Source: Candidatus Daviesbacteria bacterium
GTDB taxonomy: Bacteria > Patescibacteriota > Microgenomatia > Daviesbacterales > UBA10151
Assembly (NCBI GenBank): GCA_016184225.1
Contig: JACPDA010000004.1
Span: forward strand, 409,671 to 473,670
Reading direction: 5' to 3'
Length of the DNA stretch: 64,000 nt
Positions within the stretch are counted from its first letter, which is position 1. The number at the start of each line of letters is the position of its first letter. The position numbers were made by a program, and so were the translations under genes. The notes below the pieces were generated by a model that saw only the letters and a program-made list of their open reading frames with translations, searched no databases and was not told the DNA's origin. Below, piece by piece: positions 1 through 10,105 of the stretch.

Positions 1-935
1 GTATTACTGATGATCCGGGACTTATTCCCCGGATTAATGAAAACAGAGGTAACTCAAGACTGCCTGAACCTTTCCCAAGATTAATACATAATAAGGTGAC
101 TTATGTAACATTTTATTTCAGCAGGAATTACTTTTCTCATTTTACTCCTCAATTTTTATTCTTCTCGGGTGTTCCTCATAAACAACACCATGTCCAGAAT
201 ATGGGTGAGCTTTATCTTTTTCAGGCTCCTTTTCTTTTCTTAGGTCTTTATGCCCTTTTTCGTTTAAGAAGTAGGTTTAAGGGTTTGTTATTTGCCTGGG
301 TTTTGTTAGCCTTTATTCCGGTATCGGTCACAAATGATAGTATTCCTCACGGTTTGAGGACACTGATTGCAGCACCGTTTTATCAGTTAGTTTCCGCGTT
401 AGGCCTTGTATTTAGCTTAAAATGGTTTGGGAAATTGCCGATAGCTTCTAAAGTTTTCTTGGGTGGGATACTGACTTTAGCTGTTACTATGAGCATAGGT
501 TATTATTTATATAATTATTATCAAAAATATCCGATTGCTTACTCCAGAGATTGGCAATATGGTTATAAGCAAGTGGTAGATTATATTGGTAAACACCAGG
601 ATGAATACGATGAAATTATTTTTACCAGGCATTACGGCGAACCGCACATGTTTACGCTGTTTTATTTAAATTATGACCCGACAAAGTATCAAAATTCGCC
701 AAACCTAAATAGATTTGAAACACATGATTGGGTTTGGGTTTTAAGATTTGATAAATACTATTTCCCTGATTTAGGTGATGAGGGAACTCAGTTTGCCGAT
801 ATTGTTAAGGAAAATCCCGGTAAGAAATTATTATTTATCGGCAGAAAAGGGGATTTTCCCAAGGACATCCCTAGGCTCTTTTCAACTAATTTCCTAAATG
901 GTGAGAATGCTTTTGATATTGCGGAGGTTAAATAA
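1..935 (+). CDS. ArnT/PMT-like (GT-C) membrane glycosyltransferase, 5'-truncated by window edge
   Basis: Frame is open from position 3 (ITDDPGLIPRINENRG...RLIHNK) through the ORF-track GTG at 96. Its C-terminal motifs (PHGLR, DWQYG, EPHMFTLFYL) parallel the two downstream paralogs. Confidence 0.8.
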   Translation, partial: ITDDPGLIPRINENRGNSRLPEPFPRLIHNKVTYVTFYFSRNYFSHFTPQFLFFSGVPHKQHHVQNMGELYLFQAPFLFLGLYALFRLRSRFKGLLFAWVLLAFIPVSVTNDSIPHGLRTLIAAPFYQLVSALGLVFSLKWFGKLPIASKVFLGGILTLAVTMSIGYYLYNYYQKYPIAYSRDWQYGYKQVVDYIGKHQDEYDEIIFTRHYGEPHMFTLFYLNYDPTKYQNSPNLNRFETHDWVWVLRFDKYYFPDLGDEGTQFADIVKENPGKKLLFIGRKGDFPKDIPRLFSTNFLNGENAFDIAEVK

Positions 936-941
936 TATCCG

Positions 942-2369
942 ATGATGTCAATGTCAAAATTGTTGCGGCCAAAAATTTTATTGGCTTTAATTTGTGCGCT
1001 ATTACTTTTCACGCGTTTTTACAAAATTACAGAAATCCCGCCTTCCGTTTATTGGGATGAAGCTTCTATTGGATATAATGCCTATTCTATAGCCCAAAAT
1101 GGTAAAGATGAATGGGGAGAAACTTTCCCGATTCATTTCCGGGCTTTTGGAGAATTTAAGCTGCCGGTTTACATCTATGCTACTGTTTTAAGTGTAAAGA
1201 TTTTCGGTCTCAATGAATTATCTGTCAGGCTGCCGGCTGTTCTATTTTCCTTAGGGGCGGTAGTTATAATTTATTTTCTGACAAAGAGATTGTCAGGAAG
1301 TGAAAGAACGGGAATATTGGCTAGCTTCATTTTTTCTGTTTCTCCATGGTATTTTATCTTTTCAAGAACAGGTTATGAGGCAACGGCAGGTTTGATGTTC
1401 TATCTATTGGCAATATATCTATTTCTCTTCAACAATAGAAATTCCCTGTATATCTTCTTTTCCGTATTAAGTTTTATTTTAAGTGCTTATAGTTACAATA
1501 GTTTCAGGATAGTTGCCCCTTTGACAATTATAATTTTGATTTTCTATGAATTGAAAAATCTTAAATATCTTCTAAGTAAAGCTATTCCACCAATTATATT
1601 ATCTCTGGTTATTCTGATTTTTAGTTTGGTTCCGATCTATAGATTGTATGTTTATGATGTAGGGGCTTCCCGTCTGCAAGTTGTAGGGACGACAAGTTCA
1701 AGCTTCATTAAAAATTATTTTTCTCATTTTAGCCTGGATTTTCTTCTATTGAATGGGGATAAAAACCCAAGAAGCCAGCAACCAGGCTTTGGACAGCTCT
1801 TTTTACCCGAAGCAGCACTCCTATTATTTGGACTTTTGTATTTAATAAGCGGTAAATCAAAATACAAGTGGTTACTTTTTGCATTGTTATTACTCGGACC
1901 GATCCCTGCCGCAATCACTAAAGAATCTCCTCATGCGCTACGTTCTATCGCTATGGTTCCATTCATATCGATTATCTCTGCAGTAGGAGTAGTCGCTTTT
2001 TCTAAAAGGATTAAAAAAGAAAATTATATCTTCTTGATGGTTTGTTTAGTTTTTCTTGCCTTCTTTATTAACTACTTTTGGAGTTTCTTAAATGTATACC
2101 CGACCAAATCTGCAGAAGAGTGGCAATCCGAATACAAAAAGATCTACACGGATAATGGCAATAGGTTTAACGGATACCAACGAATTCTAATTTCGGATCA
2201 GTATGCACAGCCCTATATCTTTACTCTTTTTTATCTGAAATATAATCCTGAAAGCTTTAGGCGGGAAGTTGTTAGAAATAGCATTGATCAGTGGGGGTTC
2301 TCTACAGTTAAAAAATTTGGTAAATTTGAGTTTGGTAAGTACCCGGAACTAATTACCTTTGAAAGATGA
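942..2369 (+). CDS. ArnT/PMT_2-family (GT-C) glycosyltransferase
   Basis: PPSVYWDEASIGYNAYS motif after TM1, ELSVRLP, multiple TM helices, PHALR, QPYIF. Confidence 0.85.
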   Translation: MMSMSKLLRPKILLALICALLLFTRFYKITEIPPSVYWDEASIGYNAYSIAQNGKDEWGETFPIHFRAFGEFKLPVYIYATVLSVKIFGLNELSVRLPAVLFSLGAVVIIYFLTKRLSGSERTGILASFIFSVSPWYFIFSRTGYEATAGLMFYLLAIYLFLFNNRNSLYIFFSVLSFILSAYSYNSFRIVAPLTIIILIFYELKNLKYLLSKAIPPIILSLVILIFSLVPIYRLYVYDVGASRLQVVGTTSSSFIKNYFSHFSLDFLLLNGDKNPRSQQPGFGQLFLPEAALLLFGLLYLISGKSKYKWLLFALLLLGPIPAAITKESPHALRSIAMVPFISIISAVGVVAFSKRIKKENYIFLMVCLVFLAFFINYFWSFLNVYPTKSAEEWQSEYKKIYTDNGNRFNGYQRILISDQYAQPYIFTLFYLKYNPESFRREVVRNSIDQWGFSTVKKFGKFEFGKYPELITFER

Positions 2370-3958
2370 ACAAAGTAAAAATACTGTTGATCGCGATTAT
2401 GGTTTTATCCGGAATATTAAGACTATACAAGATTGATAGTGTTCCGCCTTCGCTGTCCTGGGATGAAGTGGCAGTAGGTTACAATGCCTGGACTATTGCC
2501 AGTTTTGGTAAAGACGAGTACGGAAAAACTTTCCCTGCTTTTTTTAAGTCATTCGGTGACGATAAGCACCCTGTTCATATTTATGCAACCGCCCTATCGG
2601 TAAAATTCTTAGATCTTTCAGAATTTAGTACCAGGTTGCCTTCAGCTGTTTTTGGGGTACTGAATGTGATATTAATATTTTTTCTGGTTAGGTTGATGTT
2701 TGCATCTTCAAATTTAGGTCTTATTGCCTCTTTTTTCTTAAGCGTTTCTCCGTATAATATCCATTTTTCCCGGTTTAACCACGAAGCTAATTTTGCACTA
2801 TTTTTTTTCCTGCTGGGACTTACTTTGTTCTACGGAGCAATTAACAGGAACCTGAAATTATTACCTTTGTCTGCTTTAAGTTTGGGAATTGCTTTTATTT
2901 CCTATCATCCCTCTAAAATAGTCGTTCCTTCGGTGGTAATTCTGCTTGTTTTTTTATATGGCAAGCAGTTACTGAAAGATAGGATCGGTTTTTTTGGGGT
3001 TTTGATAGTTGCCATAATTTTTTCTTTTTTAACTGTGTTCAATCTTCAACTATTAGGGATAGCTCGTGTTAACCAAACTTCATTAAATATGGATGAAGTT
3101 AGGAAAACAAGACTTTTTCAATTGACTAATAATGAGATTCTTGGCCGTTTAAACCTTACACTAACCCAATATAGTTGGCATTTCATGCCTGATTATTTAT
3201 TCATTTCCGGAGATAAAAATCCGCGTTTGTCCGATCAAGTCACAGGGCAGTTTTATATACTTGATGCACTTTTTTTGCTGGCGGGTGTTATCTTTTTATT
3301 ATATAAAAGATCTAAATCAGGGATTGTACTCCTAGTTTGGGCGCTTGTTGCACCGCTTCCTTCGGCTTTAGTATCAGAAGCCCCGCATGCGGCAAGAGCA
3401 ATGTTTACAATGGGAAGCTGGCATATGATTTCTGCTTTAGGCTTTTTCTCGCTTTTAAACATAGCATCAAAGCCGTTTCTTAAAAAGGGGATTTTAATAA
3501 CTACAATAATAATTATGCTGTTTTTACTATCCCGTTATTTAACTCACTATTATGGAGAATATGCCAAAAGAAATGCCATTGATTGGCAATACGGGATGAA
3601 GCAGATAGTTGAGTATGTTAAAGATAATACCCAATATTCCCAGGTTTTTATCACTGATGTCAGGTCCCAGCCCTACATATTTTTCCTGTATTATTTAAAA
3701 ATACCTTTGCCTGAATACTTAAGCTCCGTTGTCTATAACCGTTCGGAAGCTACTAAAAGCTTTAATTCCGTGTCTTATTTTGACAGGTATTATTTTGGCG
3801 GTTGGGATCCGATTGGAAGCTCGCCTGAAAAAGGATTTTTATATGTTTTAACTCCCAGCCAATATGATGGTCTGAGGTATAAGTTGGTTTTTCAAGTCAA
3901 AAAAGTTATATACTATCCCAACGGCACACTAGCTTACTATTTAGTGAGTGCAGATTAA
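2366..3958 (+). CDS. ArnT/PMT_2-family (GT-C) glycosyltransferase
   Basis: PPSLSWDEVAVGYNAW, EFSTRLP, FSRFNHE, PHAAR, DWQYG. ATGA overlap with the upstream paralog. Confidence 0.85.
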   Translation: MNKVKILLIAIMVLSGILRLYKIDSVPPSLSWDEVAVGYNAWTIASFGKDEYGKTFPAFFKSFGDDKHPVHIYATALSVKFLDLSEFSTRLPSAVFGVLNVILIFFLVRLMFASSNLGLIASFFLSVSPYNIHFSRFNHEANFALFFFLLGLTLFYGAINRNLKLLPLSALSLGIAFISYHPSKIVVPSVVILLVFLYGKQLLKDRIGFFGVLIVAIIFSFLTVFNLQLLGIARVNQTSLNMDEVRKTRLFQLTNNEILGRLNLTLTQYSWHFMPDYLFISGDKNPRLSDQVTGQFYILDALFLLAGVIFLLYKRSKSGIVLLVWALVAPLPSALVSEAPHAARAMFTMGSWHMISALGFFSLLNIASKPFLKKGILITTIIIMLFLLSRYLTHYYGEYAKRNAIDWQYGMKQIVEYVKDNTQYSQVFITDVRSQPYIFFLYYLKIPLPEYLSSVVYNRSEATKSFNSVSYFDRYYFGGWDPIGSSPEKGFLYVLTPSQYDGLRYKLVFQVKKVIYYPNGTLAYYLVSAD

Positions 3959-4721
3959 AAACGTGAATAAAATTTCCGTAGTATTAGCCACATATAACGA
4001 AGAGGACACTTTAGAAAATTGTCTGGAATCAGTAGAGAAGCTGGCAGGTGAGATTGTAATAGTTGACGGTGGATCAACGGACAAAACTTTAGACATTGCC
4101 AGAAAGTTTAAAGCTAAAATTATTCAGACAGATAATCCGCCGATTTTTCATATAAATAAAAACAAGGCAATAGATGCCGCCACGAAGGAATGGATTTTAC
4201 AACTGGATGCTGATGAGGTGGTAACGAAAGATCTTGTAAAGGAAATAAAAAATGTAATTTCATTAGCATCGGATATTAATGGATATTGGATTCCCAGGAA
4301 GAATTTTTTCTTAGGTAAATTCTTAACAAAAGGCGGTCAGTATCCTGATTATACTTTAAGGTTATACCGACGAGGCAAAGGGAGACTGCCTGCAGAAGAT
4401 GTCCATGAGCAGGCAGTAGTGGAAGGTAAGATTAGTTTCTTAAAGTGCGACCTCTTACACTTACGAGATAAGAATTTCTCTAAGTATCTGGAAAGATTTA
4501 ACAGGTATACTGACTTACTGGCTTTACAAATAAAGGTCAGTAGCAACAGGAAGAATATTTTTTCTTCTCTGAATTTCATTTTCATTAAACCAACTATTTG
4601 GTTTTTAAAAGCTTACTTTCGACATAGAGGATATGTTGACGGTTTTCCGGGTTTCATCTTTGCGCTGTTTTCCTCGCTCAGATTTCCCATCTCGTACATA
4701 AAATTTATGATTAACGAATAA
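3948..4721 (+). CDS. GT2 glycosyltransferase (WaaE/KdtX-like beta-glucosyltransferase type)
   Basis: ATYNEE, VDGGSTD, LDADE, YPDY-LRL and VHE motifs. Confidence 0.85.
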   Translation: MQIKNVNKISVVLATYNEEDTLENCLESVEKLAGEIVIVDGGSTDKTLDIARKFKAKIIQTDNPPIFHINKNKAIDAATKEWILQLDADEVVTKDLVKEIKNVISLASDINGYWIPRKNFFLGKFLTKGGQYPDYTLRLYRRGKGRLPAEDVHEQAVVEGKISFLKCDLLHLRDKNFSKYLERFNRYTDLLALQIKVSSNRKNIFSSLNFIFIKPTIWFLKAYFRHRGYVDGFPGFIFALFSSLRFPISYIKFMINE

Positions 4722-4724
4722 AAT

Positions 4725-5801
4725 ATGAAAGTTGCAATTAATACCCTGCCATTGAAAAGTGCACATAAGTATAGAGGGATAGGATATTACACTGTTAACC
4801 TGCTTGAATCTTTAAAACAGGAGACTTCTATGGACGTCTCTGAGTTTACCAAGCTGACTGATGTAAAAGATGTCGATATAATTCATTATCCTTGGTTTGA
4901 TCTATTTTTTCATACCTTACCAATAAGAAGGTATTTTCCAACAATTGTTACCATCCATGATCTAATCCCTCTCGTTTTTCCTAATCATTACCCGGTAGGA
5001 TTGAAAGGTAAGTTGAACTTCATACTTCAAAAAATAGCATTAAGTAGTTGTAAATATATTATCACCGATTCCAACACATCCAAACAAGATATAGTCAAAT
5101 TTCTAAAAATCAAAAACGAAAGGATTTCAGTAATATCTTTAGCGGCAGATCCGAAATTTAGGGTTTTAAACAATGATACAAAATTACTTCATATTAAAAG
5201 GCAATATCATCTGCCTGAACGTTTTTTGCTTTATGTTGGGGATGCCAACCGGGTTAAGAATCTCCCTTTCCTGATAGAAGGATACAGAGAGCTTTTGAAG
5301 ATTCCGGGTTATTTGGATCTTAAGTTGGTTTTAGTAGGCGGAGTATTTTTAAAACATGTAGAAAATATAGATCATCCGGAGCTTGAAAGCTTAAAGTTAG
5401 TTAATAAATTAATTAAACAATATGGTCTGGATGAAAACATAATTAGACCAGGACAGATTGAAGATGGTGAATTAGTAGCTTTTTATAATTTGGCAACCCT
5501 GTATGTTCAGCCCTCCATCTATGAGGGTTTTGGACTGCCAATTCTGCAGGCATTTGCCTCCGGAACACCGGTTATAGCATCTAATAAAGGGAGCTTGCCG
5601 GAAATTGGGGGACAAGCGGCTGTGTATTTTGATCCAGTTGACATTAGGCAATTTACAATTATAGCCAAAGAATTATTAGAGGATCCTTCATTGTTAAACA
5701 AGTTATCAAAGCTCGGTTTAAAGCGCTCTACTCAATTTTCCTGGAAGAGGGTGGCACGGGAAACAGAGTCAATTTACCTTAAAGCACTTAAGAATGAATA
5801 G
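4725..5801 (+). CDS. GT4 glycosyltransferase (MtfB-like mannosyltransferase type)
   Basis: TIHDLIP and PSIYEGFGLPILQAFASGTPV motifs. Confidence 0.9.
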   Translation: MKVAINTLPLKSAHKYRGIGYYTVNLLESLKQETSMDVSEFTKLTDVKDVDIIHYPWFDLFFHTLPIRRYFPTIVTIHDLIPLVFPNHYPVGLKGKLNFILQKIALSSCKYIITDSNTSKQDIVKFLKIKNERISVISLAADPKFRVLNNDTKLLHIKRQYHLPERFLLYVGDANRVKNLPFLIEGYRELLKIPGYLDLKLVLVGGVFLKHVENIDHPELESLKLVNKLIKQYGLDENIIRPGQIEDGELVAFYNLATLYVQPSIYEGFGLPILQAFASGTPVIASNKGSLPEIGGQAAVYFDPVDIRQFTIIAKELLEDPSLLNKLSKLGLKRSTQFSWKRVARETESIYLKALKNE

Positions 5802-6957
5802 TCACATAAATCTTAATTCACCCGTTTTTAAAATCTTGTTGATTTTTCTTACATGGAGATTTTTACTGATACTAATTTTGCTTTTTGCGATCAATTTTGT
5901 TCCTTTGGGGAGTACAGATCGTTTTTTGGGTGGAGGTCCAGTTAACTATTCCATTTCACCGGAGCTTTTTGCTTGGGCAAACTTTGATGGGGAACATTAT
6001 TTATCGATTGCTATATTCGGATATAAAAATCTAGAGCAGGCTTTTTTCCCGGTTTATCCTGCTTTGATAGCATTTTTCGCTAGACCTGATTCTTATAATT
6101 TACTAACTTCTTTGGTTAATTCTACAATTTTAGGTCTTCTTATTTCGAATGTATCTTTCGTACTAGCCTTGATCTTTCTTTGGGAATTGATAAAAATTGA
6201 TTTTTCAAACAAAATTGCATATTGGGTAATAATACTGCTACTTATCTTTCCGACGTCTTTTTATTTTGGATCGGTCTATAACGAATCAGTGTTTCTGCTT
6301 TTGTCCGTGTTGTCATTCTATAATGCCAGAAAAGGCAAGTGGTTTGCAGCAGGATTGCTGGGAGCGGTTGCATCTGCAACCAGGGTTTTCGGCATTTTTC
6401 TTTTACCGGCACTGCTGATAGAAGCCTGGCAACAGAAGGCACCTTATTCCAGATTAATGTGGATTTTCCTAATTCCTTTTGGGCTGGGAGCTTATATGTG
6501 GTATCTGAATACGACCGTAGGCGATGCTCTTGCTTTCTATCACTTTCAGGGATTAGTCGGCGAGCAGCACCAGCCAGGTATAACATTATTGCCACAAGTA
6601 TACTTTCGTTATATAAAAATGTTTGCAACAACCAGTATGCAGAATCCGATCTTTCAAACATTAATACTGGAGTTTACCATAGGTTTACTTTTTTTCTTCC
6701 TTCCGATTTACGGATACTTTAAGAAAATTAGATTATCATATGTCCTATACGCCATGGTGGGATTCCTGGTGCCGGCGATACAGGGTAGCTTTTCATCGTC
6801 CCCGCGTTATGTGATAATTTTATTTCCTGCGTTTTTAGCCGCCGCTTTATTAGTTAATAGTTTGCCAAAAATAGTTAAAACTCTGATAATACTTTTGTCT
6901 TTTTCTGTTTTTCTGATAGAAGCAGCTCTATTTTTAAGGGGGTACTGGGTAGCATGA
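5794..6957 (+). CDS. PIG-V-like (Mannosyl_trans2, GT-C) membrane mannosyltransferase
   Basis: WANFDGEHYLSIA, AFFPVYP, YNESVFL, ATRVFG and SSPRY match the PIG-V family pattern. Polytopic. Confidence 0.8.
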   Translation: MNSHINLNSPVFKILLIFLTWRFLLILILLFAINFVPLGSTDRFLGGGPVNYSISPELFAWANFDGEHYLSIAIFGYKNLEQAFFPVYPALIAFFARPDSYNLLTSLVNSTILGLLISNVSFVLALIFLWELIKIDFSNKIAYWVIILLLIFPTSFYFGSVYNESVFLLLSVLSFYNARKGKWFAAGLLGAVASATRVFGIFLLPALLIEAWQQKAPYSRLMWIFLIPFGLGAYMWYLNTTVGDALAFYHFQGLVGEQHQPGITLLPQVYFRYIKMFATTSMQNPIFQTLILEFTIGLLFFFLPIYGYFKKIRLSYVLYAMVGFLVPAIQGSFSSSPRYVIILFPAFLAAALLVNSLPKIVKTLIILLSFSVFLIEAALFLRGYWVA

Positions 6958-8267
6958 AAAAAAGAGTATACGAATTAATCAAACACCCATTGTTTTCAGG
7001 CAGCATGGTTATGATAATCGGTTCCAATGTCATTAGTTTTTTAAATTATTTATACCATCTCATAATGGTTAGATTATTAGCTCCACCCAGCTATGGAGAA
7101 TTGGTAGCACTGTTTTCTCTAATTGGGTTTTTGGGGATATTGTCCTCTTCTTTAAATTTGGTAGTAACTAAATTTGTTTCAGCGGCAAAAAATAACTTGG
7201 AAATAAGTAGTATTGTAAGCTGGCTTAATTCTAAAATCTTCATCTTTTCTTTAGCAGTTTTTCTATTAATTACTTTTTTATCCCCCATTATTTCTTCTTT
7301 TTTAAAAATAGAAAATAATTTATTAATTATTTTAATTGCCTTGCCTTCTCTTTTAGGATTGGCATCTCTGCTTTACAAATCGGTTCTTCAGGGGCTCTTA
7401 AGGTTTCAGCAGATGATTTTAAGTGTCTTTGTCGAAAACGGATTAAAGCTGATATTAGGGGTTATCCTGGTATATGCAGGATTTTCAGTAGGCGGGGCTG
7501 TAGCGGGTTTAGTGATTGCCTCATTTATAGGCTTTTTTCTGTCAAGATTTTTTATCCGCAATTTCCTGAAAGCATCAGAGGAAAAACCTAACATTAAATC
7601 AATGTTTTTGTACTCTTTTCCTGTAACAGTTCAATACCTATCGATAACGTCTCTTTTCTCTTCCGATATACTTCTAATTAAACATTTTTTCTCTCCTCAT
7701 GATGCCGGCATCTACGCAATAATTTCAACACTGGGAAAGATTATTCTTTTCGGAACAGGGCCTATTGGAGCGGTAATGTTCCCGCTTGTATCCCAGAGAC
7801 AGGCAAGGGGTGATAATTATAAGCGCATTTTTTTCTTGAGCTTCATTTTGACTTTTACCTTGGCCGTTTTGATTCTTCTAATTTATTGGTTCATTCCGGA
7901 GCAGGTGATTAATCTTCTTAATCCTTCATATCTGGAAGCGGCACCTCTTTTAGTTTGGTACGGAATCTTTATAACATTTTTTACCCTTAGTTCGCTCTTT
8001 ATAAGTTATTATCTTTCTTTAAATAGAGTATCTGTTGTTATTTTACCGTTTATTGCGGCGGTAGCGCAAATTATCGGGATATGGTTTTTTCATCGTAGTT
8101 TATTCGAAGTAATTCTGGTTTCTTCTATAGTGGCTGGCATGCTGCTTGTACTTTTGTTAATATATTCAGCATATGGAAGCAAACTTGGTGTCGGTGATAG
8201 TGCCGGCATACAAACAAGAAAAAACAATAGCCAGAGATTTAAGGAGGATGAAGGAAGTTTTAGATAA
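6954..8267 (+). CDS. Wzx/MATE-like oligosaccharide flippase
   Basis: About 12 TM helices; LNYLYHLIMVRLL-P-SYG and DILLIKHFF-AGIY motifs. The hydrophilic tail overlaps the next gene by 95 nt. Confidence 0.85.
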   Translation: MKKRVYELIKHPLFSGSMVMIIGSNVISFLNYLYHLIMVRLLAPPSYGELVALFSLIGFLGILSSSLNLVVTKFVSAAKNNLEISSIVSWLNSKIFIFSLAVFLLITFLSPIISSFLKIENNLLIILIALPSLLGLASLLYKSVLQGLLRFQQMILSVFVENGLKLILGVILVYAGFSVGGAVAGLVIASFIGFFLSRFFIRNFLKASEEKPNIKSMFLYSFPVTVQYLSITSLFSSDILLIKHFFSPHDAGIYAIISTLGKIILFGTGPIGAVMFPLVSQRQARGDNYKRIFFLSFILTFTLAVLILLIYWFIPEQVINLLNPSYLEAAPLLVWYGIFITFFTLSSLFISYYLSLNRVSVVILPFIAAVAQIIGIWFFHRSLFEVILVSSIVAGMLLVLLLIYSAYGSKLGVGDSAGIQTRKNNSQRFKEDEGSFR

Positions 8268-8979
8268 ACTTCGTTATCCTACAGAGTTAATTTGTGTAGT
8301 TGACGGTAATGTTGATGCTACCTTCAGAAAAGCTTCCGTGTTTGCTAATAAGAACCCAAATGTAAGAGTAATTGGATATGATCATAATAAAGGTAAAGGA
8401 TATGCCATCAGATTCGGTATGGCAGCAAGTAAGGGAGATATTGTCGGGTTTATTGACGCGGGTATGGATTTGAATCCAAACGGACTATTTATGCTGCTGG
8501 AGCACTTTGAATGGTATAACGCAGATATAATAGTAGGATCTAAAAGGCATCCCGTATCTAAGGTGCATTATCCTTGGCAAAGGAAAGTGCTTTCCATGGG
8601 TTACCAGCTTTTGGTTTTGACCCTCTTTGGTTTAAAAGTACGTGATACCCAAGTCGGTATGAAATTTTTCAAAAGGGAGGTTTTAGAAAAGGTATTACCC
8701 AGACTTTTGGTAAAGGCTTTTGCTTTTGATGTAGAAATATTAGCTGTAGCAAATTACCTGAAATATAATAGAATTTATGAAGCGCCTGTAGAGATTAAGT
8801 TAAGATTTGGCGGGACATCAACAGTGACAAGCCAGAAATTTATCAGGACAGTTTTAGCAATGCTTACAGATACATTAGCAATATTCTATAGATTAAAAAT
8901 ATTAAATTATTATTCCGATAAAAATCACAGAAGATGGAAATTTGATCCGGAACTAAATTTTAGGGTAAACGTCGGATGA
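8173..8979 (+). CDS. GT2 polyprenol-phosphate glycosyltransferase (DPM/DPG-synthase-like)
   Basis: NKGKGYA, FIDAGMD, GSKRH, DTQVGMK and FAFDVEIL motifs. Confidence 0.85.
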   Translation: MEANLVSVIVPAYKQEKTIARDLRRMKEVLDKLRYPTELICVVDGNVDATFRKASVFANKNPNVRVIGYDHNKGKGYAIRFGMAASKGDIVGFIDAGMDLNPNGLFMLLEHFEWYNADIIVGSKRHPVSKVHYPWQRKVLSMGYQLLVLTLFGLKVRDTQVGMKFFKREVLEKVLPRLLVKAFAFDVEILAVANYLKYNRIYEAPVEIKLRFGGTSTVTSQKFIRTVLAMLTDTLAIFYRLKILNYYSDKNHRRWKFDPELNFRVNVG

Positions 8980-10103
8980 ATATATTAATTTTTTCCTGGA
9001 GAGGGCCCGGTCATCCAAATGCCGGGGGGGCAGAAATTTCTACCCATGAACATGCAAAAGGATGGGTTAAAGCAGGCCATCAGGTTACCTTATTTACCTC
9101 TTATTACCATGGGGCAAAAAGGGAAGAAAAAATAGACGGAGTAACCATCATAAGGGAAGGACGTCAATTTATAGAAGTTCAACTAAAAGCTTTTAAGTGG
9201 TTTTTATTTGCAAAGCACCCTGAATTTGATCTGGTTGTTGATGAATTCCATGGAATTCCCTTTTTTACGCCGCTCTATGTAAGAGATAAGAAACTTGCCT
9301 TTATTCACGAGGTAACCGGGGAGGTATGGGGATTAAATCCCTGGAGCCGCCCTTTTAACCTGATACCTAAAGTATTAGGTCCTATCTTTGAACCGCTAAT
9401 TTTTAAACTGTTTTATAAAAAGATTCCGTTTATGACGGTTTCAGAATCTACCAAAAAAGACCTGATTAATTTCGGGATACCTGGAAAATGCATCACCGTT
9501 ATCAATAACGGATTCGATAAGTATAATACAGAAAATAATTTGTCTAAAGAAAAGAAAAAAACAGTTATTTTTCTGGGAGCCTTAGCAAAAGATAAGGGTA
9601 TAGAAGAAGCCTTAAAAACTTTTTCTATTTTAAGCCGATCAGGAGGTAACTTTCAGTTTTGGATAGTTGGTAAATCTGATCCGAAATATTTACAATTTTT
9701 GAAAAGACAAAGTCATAGATTAAACATAAATACAAAAGTAAGGTTTTGGGGGTTTGTCTCGCAAAAGGAAAAGTTCAGACTCCTCAAAAGATCCCATGTT
9801 CTAATTCATCCTGCTATTCGGGAGGGGTGGGGGCTGGTAGTGATAGAAGCGGCAAGTGTAGGAACCCCGACTGTGGCATTTAATGTACCCGGTCTTCGCG
9901 ATTCCGTCATTCATGATAAAACCGGAATCATTTGTAAAGATCAATCCCCGGAGTCATTAGCGAAAGCGATAATTAACCTTTTGCAAGGCAGTGTAAAATA
10001 TAAGGAGATGAGTCGAAGTGCGATTTCCTGGAGCAAAAACTTCTCTTGGGAAAAAGCTACGAAATCAAGTTTGAAATTAATTGAAGAAGTGGTAAACTAC
10101 TGA
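8976..10103 (+). CDS. GT4 glycosyltransferase
   Basis: AGGAE, KGIE and EGWGLVVIEAASVGTP motifs. Confidence 0.9.
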   Translation: MNILIFSWRGPGHPNAGGAEISTHEHAKGWVKAGHQVTLFTSYYHGAKREEKIDGVTIIREGRQFIEVQLKAFKWFLFAKHPEFDLVVDEFHGIPFFTPLYVRDKKLAFIHEVTGEVWGLNPWSRPFNLIPKVLGPIFEPLIFKLFYKKIPFMTVSESTKKDLINFGIPGKCITVINNGFDKYNTENNLSKEKKKTVIFLGALAKDKGIEEALKTFSILSRSGGNFQFWIVGKSDPKYLQFLKRQSHRLNINTKVRFWGFVSQKEKFRLLKRSHVLIHPAIREGWGLVVIEAASVGTPTVAFNVPGLRDSVIHDKTGIICKDQSPESLAKAIINLLQGSVKYKEMSRSAISWSKNFSWEKATKSSLKLIEEVVNY

Positions 10104-10105
10104 TA

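Noticed and set aside
9024-9030. G7 tract near the 5' end of a GT4 as a phase-variation site
   Set aside because: It is short, in frame and encodes the conserved AGGAE motif. No evidence of slippage.
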